This document shows positions 46,662-54,177 of a stretch of 64,000 nt of DNA, piece after piece. The stretch spans positions 1,152,001-1,216,000 of the forward strand of contig OZ242005.1 of assembly GCA_965204725.1 (NCBI GenBank), in the 5' to 3' direction. The notes below the pieces were generated by a model. That model saw only the letters and a list, made by a program, of their open reading frames with translations, made no database searches and was not told where the DNA came from. Origin of the DNA: Candidatus Latescibacterota bacterium (GTDB taxonomy: Bacteria > Latescibacterota > UBA2968 > UBA8231). The first letter of the stretch is position 1, and each line of letters begins with the position of its first letter. The translations under genes were made by a program, and so were the position numbers.

Positions 46662-47756
46662 ATGTCCCAAACCGAATACGCTGTCGAAGTCGCGTCCGCG
46701 GCTGAGGTTTCGCTGATCGACTGCGACGTCCACAACTACCCGAATTCCATTGACGACCTCATGCCCTTTTTGTCGGCGCGCTGGCAGGCGTATGTGCGGC
46801 AATCTGGGTTTAGTGGCCCGCCCGGGCCGACCTATCCCAAGGGGTTTGCCCAAGCGGCGCGGCGCGATGCTTGGCCGCCGTCGGGCCTGCGGCCGGGAGG
46901 CGACCCGGATTTTGCGCGCACTCAGTTGCTCGACGCTTGGGGCATTGACGTGGCCGTGCTCAACCCGCTCTACGGCATGACGGCCCTGCACAACCTCGAC
47001 TTTGCCAATGCGCTGATGCGGGCGGTCAACGAGTGGACCGCGCACACTTGGCTCGACCACGACCCGCGCTGGCGCGGCTCGATTGTGGTCAATGCCAACG
47101 ACCCAGCGCGGGCCGCCGCAGAAATTGAGCGGGTCGCGGCCGATCCGCGCTTTGTGCAGGTGTTGCTCTTGGTGCGGTCGAGCGCGCCGTACGGCAAGCG
47201 GCAGTTTAGGCCGATTTTTGCCGCGGCCTGCGAGGTCGGTCTGCCGGTGGGGATCCACTTTGGCGGCAGCGGCCAGCCGATCACGGCCTGCGGTTGGCCT
47301 TCCTATTACATCGAAGACCACACGGCCATGTCGCAGGCCTTTGAGGCGCAGGTCATCAGCCTCGTTTGCGAGGGGGTGTTCTGCGAATTCCCCGCGCTGC
47401 GCGTCGCGCTCATTGAGGGAGGGTTCGCGTGGTTGCCTGGGCTGATGTGGCGGCTGGACAAAAACTACCGAGGCTTGCGCAGCGAGGTGCCGTGGCTGAA
47501 GAAGCGGCCCAGCGAGTACATCCGCCTGCACTGCCGCGCCACGACCCAGCCCATGGAGGAGCCGGACGATCCCCGGCACTTATTGCACCTCATCGACATG
47601 ATCGGCTGCGAGGATTTCCTGATGTTCGCTACGGATTATCCGCACTGGGACTTTGACTCGCCGGCCCGCGCGCTGCCGCCGGTGCTCGACGACGCGCTGC
47701 GCCGGGGTATCATGGTCGATAATGCCGAGGCATTCTATGGGTTTGCGGCGCGTTGA
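46662..47756 (+). CDS. Amidohydrolase_2 family metalloenzyme
   Basis: [35 protein letters not shown]. Confidence 0.92.
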   Translation: MSQTEYAVEVASAAEVSLIDCDVHNYPNSIDDLMPFLSARWQAYVRQSGFSGPPGPTYPKGFAQAARRDAWPPSGLRPGGDPDFARTQLLDAWGIDVAVLNPLYGMTALHNLDFANALMRAVNEWTAHTWLDHDPRWRGSIVVNANDPARAAAEIERVAADPRFVQVLLLVRSSAPYGKRQFRPIFAAACEVGLPVGIHFGGSGQPITACGWPSYYIEDHTAMSQAFEAQVISLVCEGVFCEFPALRVALIEGGFAWLPGLMWRLDKNYRGLRSEVPWLKKRPSEYIRLHCRATTQPMEEPDDPRHLLHLIDMIGCEDFLMFATDYPHWDFDSPARALPPVLDDALRRGIMVDNAEAFYGFAAR

Positions 47757-48102
47757 CGTAGGGCCGGTGGATGCCTTTGCCGATGGCGCGGTCCGCCGGG
47801 TCGAGGTCGCGGGGCGTGGCTTGGCCATCGTGCGGCAGGGGGATGCTTGGTACGCGCTCCGCGATGTGTGCCCTCACCAAGGGGCGCGTCTGTCGGATGG
47901 GCGGGTCGGGGGTACGGTGCTGGCGCGTCGCCCGGGGGACGAGATCGTCTTGGGGCGCGTGGGCGAGGTTTTGAGCTGCCCGTGGCACGGCTGGGAATAC
48001 GATGTGCGCACGGGCCGGTCGCTTTGCGAGCCTGAGCGGGTGCGGGTGCGGACTTATCCGGTGCGGGTGGAGGATGGGCGGGTGGTTGTGGAGATGGACT
48101 AG
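47737..48102 (+). CDS. Rieske (2Fe-2S) ferredoxin
   Basis: CPHQG and CPWHGWEYD motifs. Confidence 0.93.
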   Translation: MGLRRVDVGPVDAFADGAVRRVEVAGRGLAIVRQGDAWYALRDVCPHQGARLSDGRVGGTVLARRPGDEIVLGRVGEVLSCPWHGWEYDVRTGRSLCEPERVRVRTYPVRVEDGRVVVEMD

Positions 48103-48111
48103 GGGGATGGC

Positions 48112-48138
48112 CACAAGAGGCACAAAGGGCACAAGAGG
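48112..48138 (+). repeat. 9-bp tandem repeat CACAARRGG x3
   Basis: CACAAGAGG CACAAAGGG CACAAGAGG. Confidence 0.7.
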
Positions 48139-48194
48139 GGGGCTTTGCGCTGGGGCGGGTTAGGGCGTGTTGAACAAGCCGTAGAGACAGGATC

Positions 48195-48222
48195 CGTCAT
48201 TCCCGCGAACGCGGGAATCCAG
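48195..48222. repeat. dRS3/REP-like palindromic element, copy 1
   Basis: CGTCATTCCCGCGAACGCGGGAATCCAG contains ATTCCC-N8-GGGAAT. Confidence 0.85.
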
Positions 48223-48261
48223 CCGGGATCGTTTAGACCACCAGAGTTTGCAGACCGCTTC

Positions 48262-49740
48262 TTAGAGGTCAGTGGAGCGCCAAGTATTCAGTCCGCTCAC
48301 CAAGCACTCTTCGAGCCAAACGCGGAATCGCTCTTCTATAGACGCTAGGTCTTCCCGATAGTTGATCTGAAACAGGCTGCGCGCAAGCACGTGGGCCGAA
48401 CCCGTCTCCCGTTCTTCGCGGTCCATCTGAACTCGCTGAAAGAATACGGCCGAACAGGCCAGTACCCCTCGGAATTCGCGTCCGATGCCATGGAAGGAAA
48501 GCAGAATCTGGCTCTGGTTCGCATTGTGGATGACGAGACGCACCCAAGCGCGATAGGACTCTAGATTGGCGAAGTAGTCGAGTGCCTGTGCCCCGGCCAC
48601 GATCTGCGGCCGGAAATAGTGGCTGCGTTCGCCGTGGTCGGATTCTCCGTCAACAAATACCTGAACGTGATCGAGGATGGTGCCCAGATGGGTCTCTATT
48701 GCCGTCCTCAGTTCGTTCATCCGCGTCTCGGCACCCTGCCGCAGATATTCCGCCTTATCCCTGACTGTGTTCCATTCATCCGTGAGGACCTTGCGACGAT
48801 GCTCCAATTCTCGGCGCGTGGCGCGGATCAAATCCTCGGCGCGGAAGTCCTTCTCAACTTCGTGGGACAAACCGAGTGCCCGCACGAATTCGCGTTTCTG
48901 GATTTCCGCAAAAAAGCCGATGAGTGGGTTTAGATCGCCGCGATCTGCTGCTTGCAAAGCGTCCAAATAGTCGCCTTTCGCCTTGCTCCGCACGACCAGA
49001 GGAAAGCGGTGTGCCTTGACGAGAACGAGCGTGGCGAGTGCTCTTACTACCCGGCCATTGCCATCCTGAAACGGATGGATCTGCGTGAAGCGGTGGTGGA
49101 GCCAAGCGGCTTCGACTTCGGGCGCGACCTTTTCGTGGGCGCGGTGCATTTCGATTAGCCGGTCCATCTCGGAAGCGACCTGCTCGGGTGGACAGTATTC
49201 GTGGATTGCACCGCCGCGGCCGAGCGGATTGTTCGGTCGTTTCTTATAAGTGCCGCGTAGCAGCGGAATCCGCACTCGTTTCCCGAGCCGGTCCCTGCCC
49301 TCTGCGGTCTCCTGATTCTGCGTCAGCAGTTGGTGAAGCTCCTTGATGTAACTCGTGGAGAGTGTGCGCTCGTCCTTGACGAAGGCGAATACATACTCGA
49401 TAGCCGCCTCGTGATCCTGAATCATGGAGGCAATCCGTTCCGGGTCGTCGCCAGAGCCGTGCGGGATTAAGGTCGCGTCAATGCCGCGCTCAATCAGGAG
49501 TTCTGTGACGCCGCGGTCGAAGTCGTACACCCGTTCTATCAATCCGGTCTCGACCGCCCATTCCCGGTGTAGTTTCCGGTTAAACTCGGACAGGGCCTCC
49601 GAATCTGCTAGCTGGCTGCGCTCTGTTTCCCATACCGCAGCGAGCGAATCGAGTTCCTTCTGCGCCAAGGTCGCCGGGTCGTTCTCATAGTCGAGAATCG
49701 GAGTCCACTTGTACTCGCTGTCCATACTATTTCTCGCCAT
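48262..49740 (-). CDS. Fic-domain protein with long C-terminal extension
   Basis: Canonical HPFQDGNGRVVR motif; IKELHQLL. Confidence 0.92.
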   Translation of the reverse strand: MARNSMDSEYKWTPILDYENDPATLAQKELDSLAAVWETERSQLADSEALSEFNRKLHREWAVETGLIERVYDFDRGVTELLIERGIDATLIPHGSGDDPERIASMIQDHEAAIEYVFAFVKDERTLSTSYIKELHQLLTQNQETAEGRDRLGKRVRIPLLRGTYKKRPNNPLGRGGAIHEYCPPEQVASEMDRLIEMHRAHEKVAPEVEAAWLHHRFTQIHPFQDGNGRVVRALATLVLVKAHRFPLVVRSKAKGDYLDALQAADRGDLNPLIGFFAEIQKREFVRALGLSHEVEKDFRAEDLIRATRRELEHRRKVLTDEWNTVRDKAEYLRQGAETRMNELRTAIETHLGTILDHVQVFVDGESDHGERSHYFRPQIVAGAQALDYFANLESYRAWVRLVIHNANQSQILLSFHGIGREFRGVLACSAVFFQRVQMDREERETGSAHVLARSLFQINYREDLASIEERFRVWLEECLVSGLNTWRSTDL

Positions 49741-49836
49741 GACTTCGTCGTTGAGGCACTACGCCGCGAACTGTTAAGGTGGGTTCTGCAAAAAAATAGG
49801 CGTTGAGGAACGATTAGCGACTAACCGCCGACGCTT

Positions 49837-49869
49837 TCACGGAATATCCTCATCAAGAAGCACTTGCAT
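49837..49869 (-). pseudogene. Stub of a DUF5615 (PIN-like) toxin
   Basis: MQVLLDEDIP* followed by KRRRL; overlaps the DUF433 3' end as intact partners do; typical start is MxVLLDExIPxxL. Confidence 0.7.
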
Positions 49870-50101
49870 CTTGCGTTCTCAAGTAATCCAGTCCTTGGGG
49901 CGAAAGCTCAAGATAAGACTCTAACTGCCACCGCTCGACCGTGGGGTAATCTTGGAGAAATTCCTCGACAGAGTGCCCCCCTTTGAGATAACTCACTAAA
50001 TTGTCCACCGGGACCCGCGTACCGGTGAAAACCAGATCGCCGCTGTGGATTTCAGGATCTCGTTGGACCACCTTCTCCAGTACAATATCGTTCTGCCCCA
50101 T
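49853..50101 (-). CDS. DUF433 family antitoxin
   Basis: DPEIHSGDLVFTGTRVPV..L...L.GG.SVEEFLQDYPTV. Confidence 0.92.
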   Translation of the reverse strand: MGQNDIVLEKVVQRDPEIHSGDLVFTGTRVPVDNLVSYLKGGHSVEEFLQDYPTVERWQLESYLELSPQGLDYLRTQDASAS

Positions 50102-50103
50102 TC

Positions 50104-51090
50104 CTACCTCGGCACCGGGATGGGCACCGGCACGTTGCCCTGTTTTTGCGACGTTAAAAACCCGATGATCAGCTCTACCACGAGGTGCCCGGCTCGGCCC
50201 GGCGACACCGACTCAACCCCTTGGTCTAAGGCGGCGATGAGTTCGTGGATGCCGGCCGGAATGCCCTCGACCGGCCAAGCCGGCGACGCGAGGGGTTCGG
50301 CCTCTTCGCCGCGATACAGGGTGCCGCCGTCGTTGCCGAGGCGTACTCGCCCGGTGGTGCCGACCACTTCGATTTGCTGCTTGGGCGCGGGCGTGGTCTT
50401 GGAGCCGCCGATGTAAAAGCCCCGCACGCCCTCGGCAAAGTGGATGTACCCATTGGCCCCCGGCTCAGTGGCCGGCACGTGGCCGCCGTCGCCGCGGTAC
50501 TCGGCGTACTCGGCGTATCCTTCCTCCAGCTCGGCCACCACCCACTGCGGCTGCGCGCCCGCGTAGTAGCAAATCGCATCGAGGGTGTGGGTGCCGTTGC
50601 GGAAGAGCATGGCGCGGGGGCCGGCGAGCGTGCCGATGACGTATTGCACCGGGCCGATGACGCCGCGATCGACGATGGCTTCTTTGGCGTGCCGCCACAG
50701 GGGGATAAAGCGCCGGGTGTGATCGACCGACAGGGTGGTGCTGTTGGCGTCGCAAGCGGCGATCATGCGGTCGGCGTCGGCGAGGTTGGTCGCCAGCGGC
50801 TTTTCGCAGAAGATGCCCTTGGCCCCGGCGTTGGCCGCATCGACGACCAAGTCGGCGTGGCGGTGATCCGAGGTGGCGACGGTGACGATGTCCAGCGCTT
50901 CGCGGGCGAGCATCTCGCGGTGGTCGCGGTATAGGGCAGGGGGCGCGTCCGGCCAGCGTTGCTCAAACTCGTGGAGGGTCGCTTCGTCGAGGTCGCAAGC
51001 CGCCACGAGGCGGGCGCGGTCCGACCCGACGATTCCGGTGGCGTGGGCCGTGCCAATGCCGCGGCAGCCAATAACTCCAGCTCGATACAT
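50104..51090 (-). CDS. Gfo/Idh/MocA family oxidoreductase
   Basis: AGVIGCRGIG, CEKP, NGTHTLD; GGAG RBS. Confidence 0.92.
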   Translation of the reverse strand: MYRAGVIGCRGIGTAHATGIVGSDRARLVAACDLDEATLHEFEQRWPDAPPALYRDHREMLAREALDIVTVATSDHRHADLVVDAANAGAKGIFCEKPLATNLADADRMIAACDANSTTLSVDHTRRFIPLWRHAKEAIVDRGVIGPVQYVIGTLAGPRAMLFRNGTHTLDAICYYAGAQPQWVVAELEEGYAEYAEYRGDGGHVPATEPGANGYIHFAEGVRGFYIGGSKTTPAPKQQIEVVGTTGRVRLGNDGGTLYRGEEAEPLASPAWPVEGIPAGIHELIAALDQGVESVSPGRAGHLVVELIIGFLTSQKQGNVPVPIPVPR

Positions 51091-51146
51091 GATTGTGCTC
51101 CTTGTGAAGGGATTTGTGCTGCGAGCAATCCGCCCGAAGCGCTCGA

Positions 51147-52196
51147 TTACCAAGCGCTCTTGAGCTTGCCCCACGTCGCCGGGCGCACGGCCGTCGAAGG
51201 GTCCCACTGCTCGGCGCGCTGCATGAACACCGTGGGGTCGGCGCGCCAATCGCCGTAGCCAATGCGCTGGTTGTCGGTGAGATAGTTGATCTTGTCGTCA
51301 ATGCAGGCCGCGAGGCCGGCGTCCCCTGCGGAGAGGGTGAACCCGCCCTGCTCGGCGCTGGCGTCGAGGGCTGTGACCGCAAACGCGCCGTTGGAAGCGT
51401 GGCTCGCGTCGCGGTTGCCGATTTCGCCGCGGGCGACCGCGTCGATGCGGCCGGCGCCGAGGGCGTCTAGCAGTTCGATCTCGCCGGTCTCTTGCCCGAG
51501 GTACATCACTTGCGGCATGTTGGCCGCGGGCGGGTCCAGCCGCAGCCGCCCTTCGAGGTTGGGCGACGCGCCGGCCGCGGTGATGGTGTAATCGGCCGTG
51601 CCGTCGGCCACGAGCTCGCTGTCGGCTGTTGCGATGCGCGTACCGGCCGCGAGCACGCCGTTGGCATCGACCAAGCCCGTTAGCTCCAGCAGGCGGAACT
51701 CGCCCGTGGTGCCGCTCAGCGCACCCACCCGATCGTCGCTCGTCAGGTCGCTGTGGCGGGCGAGGCGCTCGGCGTCTTCGGCCCGCACCAGCAGCGATTG
51801 CCGAAAGGCTATGTGCCCGGACGTGAAGTTCACGACGTGTTCACCGGCTGCATTGCGGGTGCGAGAGTCGAGGATGGTGATGCCGCCGCCGACCAAGTCG
51901 TACTCCGGCCCGGCCGATTGCAACCATATATCGGGCCACTCGGCGATGGCCCGGCGTTCAAAGGACAATCCCGCGCCGTCCATGGCCTCTAAGGCGGTCA
52001 ACAAGTCCGCTTCGTACCCGCGATGTTCGTTGAACCCGGCCGCGCTCGGCTCTGGGTCTGCGCTGTAGCTGACCGGCTCGAAAAAGGCGTAGAACCCGAC
52101 TTGGAGCACCTGTCCGTCGCCGCAAGCGGCGGCTGAGGACGAGCGAGCCGCCAGCACTAGGAGGAAGAGGGATAGGTAGGAGAAGGATGAGGGCAT
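51147..52196 (-). CDS. Family 3 (amino-acid type) substrate-binding protein with C-terminal WGKLK motif
   Basis: Signal peptide, LQVGF..FEPVSY, GYEADLL, GGITILDSR, VGALSGTTGE; ends TAVRPATWGKLK. Confidence 0.8.
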   Translation of the reverse strand: MPSSFSYLSLFLLVLAARSSSAAACGDGQVLQVGFYAFFEPVSYSADPEPSAAGFNEHRGYEADLLTALEAMDGAGLSFERRAIAEWPDIWLQSAGPEYDLVGGGITILDSRTRNAAGEHVVNFTSGHIAFRQSLLVRAEDAERLARHSDLTSDDRVGALSGTTGEFRLLELTGLVDANGVLAAGTRIATADSELVADGTADYTITAAGASPNLEGRLRLDPPAANMPQVMYLGQETGEIELLDALGAGRIDAVARGEIGNRDASHASNGAFAVTALDASAEQGGFTLSAGDAGLAACIDDKINYLTDNQRIGYGDWRADPTVFMQRAEQWDPSTAVRPATWGKLKSAW

Positions 52197-52263
52197 GTAG
52201 GATACCTCGTTTTTGGCGTGATAAGTAGGAATATGGGCCGGGGAAAGAGGCGGAGCAAACCCT

Positions 52264-53619
52264 TTACTCGGCGTAGGGAACGGTGCCTCGGGCATCTACT
52301 TGGTAGCCCCAGCGTTTGAGGTAGGCGGGGCCGGGGAGGAAGGAGTCGTCGGCTGCGGTGAGGCGGCGCGTTAGATGAGCGTCTAGTTCGTCGAGCACGC
52401 CCTGCTGGCCGGGCTGTCCCACGAGGTTGTCCTGTTGGAAGGGGTCGGCTTCGTTGTCGTAGAGCAGCCACGGCCTCTCTAAGGCGCGCACGTAGGTGTG
52501 GCGGCGGGTGCGCAAGCCCCGGTAGGACCGGCCGCCCACGCCGGTCCACCACTGCCCAAAGGGCTGGGGACACTGCAAGAGCGCGGTGCCGTCTGAGGGA
52601 TCGGGGCCGCCTTGCAGATACCCGGAGAAGTCGATTCCCTCCACGGTGGAAGGAATGGGGAGGCCGCACAGGCCCAACAGGGTCGGCATGATGTCTGGTA
52701 GGTCAATCGGCGCGTCGAGTTGCCGTCCGGCGTCTCCCATCCCTGGGTAGCGCAGCAGGAACGGTACGCGGATGGACTCTTCGTAGGGCTTTTGCTTTTT
52801 GTCCATGCCCTGCGAGCCGAGCATGTCGCCGTGATCCGAGAAGAACAAAAAGATGGTCTCCTGCTCAAGTGCTTCCTCCTGCAAGGTTTGGAGCAACGCG
52901 CCGACGCAGTCGTCTAGGGCCGTGCAATGGGCGTAGTACCCGGCGAGCCATTGCCGGGCACGATCGGCCCAATCGGCCGGCACATTGGGCCGCAGGGCGA
53001 TAGCCGCCGGATCGTATTGGGCTTGGTACGCTTGGGGGGCCGTGTGATAGGGGGCGTGCGGCGGCCCCCACGACAGGACCAGCAAAAAGGGCTTGGTCTC
53101 GCCTGAAGTCCCGCGCTGGCGGATATAGGCTTGGGCGTCGCGGGTCTGGGCCAAGGCGTCGTAGCCTTCCCACACGAGTTGCTCGTCTGAGTCGCCGGCA
53201 TAGTACGCCGAGTGGTTGTAGTTGTGGGTGCATTCGAGGACCTTCCAGTACTCAAAGCCCTGCCGCTGCTCGGGCGGAATATAGCGGCTCCGGCCCCGGC
53301 CATGGACGTGCCACTTGCCGATATAGGCCGTGTCGTACCCGCCCGCGCCAAAAGCCTGCGCGAGGCTCGGAGCGTCTTGGCCCAGCGTTACGTCGTTGAC
53401 GAAGACGCCGTGCGTGAGGGGGTATTGCCCGGTCAGGAGCGAGGCGCGCGCCGGCGAGCACACCGAGCAGCCAGACACCGCGTGGGTGCAGTTGACGCTA
53501 CGGCGGGCGAGCGCGTCTAAGTTGGGGGTTTGCACGTTGGGGTCGCCAGCGTACCCAAAGGCTTGGGCACGCCATTGGTCGGCGAATACGAGGACGACAT
53601 TCGGCGGTTTGCGGGGCAC
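52264..53619 (-). CDS. Formylglycine-dependent sulfatase
   Basis: PNVVLVFADQWR, CSPAR, GKWH, FSDHG, LYDNEADPFQ. Confidence 0.93.
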   Translation of the reverse strand: MPRKPPNVVLVFADQWRAQAFGYAGDPNVQTPNLDALARRSVNCTHAVSGCSVCSPARASLLTGQYPLTHGVFVNDVTLGQDAPSLAQAFGAGGYDTAYIGKWHVHGRGRSRYIPPEQRQGFEYWKVLECTHNYNHSAYYAGDSDEQLVWEGYDALAQTRDAQAYIRQRGTSGETKPFLLVLSWGPPHAPYHTAPQAYQAQYDPAAIALRPNVPADWADRARQWLAGYYAHCTALDDCVGALLQTLQEEALEQETIFLFFSDHGDMLGSQGMDKKQKPYEESIRVPFLLRYPGMGDAGRQLDAPIDLPDIMPTLLGLCGLPIPSTVEGIDFSGYLQGGPDPSDGTALLQCPQPFGQWWTGVGGRSYRGLRTRRHTYVRALERPWLLYDNEADPFQQDNLVGQPGQQGVLDELDAHLTRRLTAADDSFLPGPAYLKRWGYQVDARGTVPYAE

Positions 53620-53730
53620 GGCGCGTCTCCTGCTTGAATGATGTAGGATTGCTATATTATCAACCGTCTAGAACAGCCAATGGGCTGCCACCCATCCACA
53701 TTCTAACTGAGTCAAACGAAACAAAGGAAA

Positions 53731-54105
53731 ATGGCTAACGTCAACGACACGGGGCTTACTCCCTCAACTATCAAACTCAAACGGATAATGGGCACCTCGC
53801 CCGCTTATCGGATGCTGACGCCATACGAAATCGAGCTGCTGCGGAAAAGTCAGGAGGAGGTCGCCGAGGTCGTGGGCCAAATCCTCGCTAAGAAGAACAA
53901 TAACAATAAGGAACCAATGGTGCTAGTGGTTTACAATCCGAACCCCGCGATAGACAACGCGACGAATCCGTTTGCATCGGGTTGTAATTCGTTAGTTATT
54001 AGAGAGAAGCGAGAGCAAATCGACGCAAGCGCGAAAGCCTACCAAGCACCATGGCATAACCCGGTTGTACCCCTTTGGAGTAGTAATGTTAAAAAATTTC
54101 CATAA
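53731..54105 (+). CDS. Small hypothetical protein
   Basis: AAGGA RBS; the first half (MLTPYEIELLRKSQEEVAEVV) looks protein-like, the part after KKNNNNK may be read-through. Confidence 0.4.
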   Translation: MANVNDTGLTPSTIKLKRIMGTSPAYRMLTPYEIELLRKSQEEVAEVVGQILAKKNNNNKEPMVLVVYNPNPAIDNATNPFASGCNSLVIREKREQIDASAKAYQAPWHNPVVPLWSSNVKKFP

Positions 54106-54128
54106 GTTATTGAAAAACAATAAGTTAC
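54101..54128. promoter_or_regulatory. AT-rich palindrome with IHF-like sites on both strands
   Basis: TAAGTTATTG-AAAAA-CAATAAGTTA (9/10 arm complementarity); 21/28 identical to 23923..23950. Confidence 0.55.
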
Positions 54129-54142
54129 CTCCCCCTCCCCCC
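54128..54142 (+). repeat. Interrupted homopolymer CC-T-C5-T-C6 at the frame break between ATG 54086 and the dehydrogenase ORF
   Basis: One extra C joins MLKNFHKLLKNNKLPPPPP to RKIRSRVSAFALLVMLLASAGC. Confidence 0.8.
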
Positions 54143-54177
54143 GCAAAATCCGCTCCCGAGTTTCGGCGTTTGCGCTC

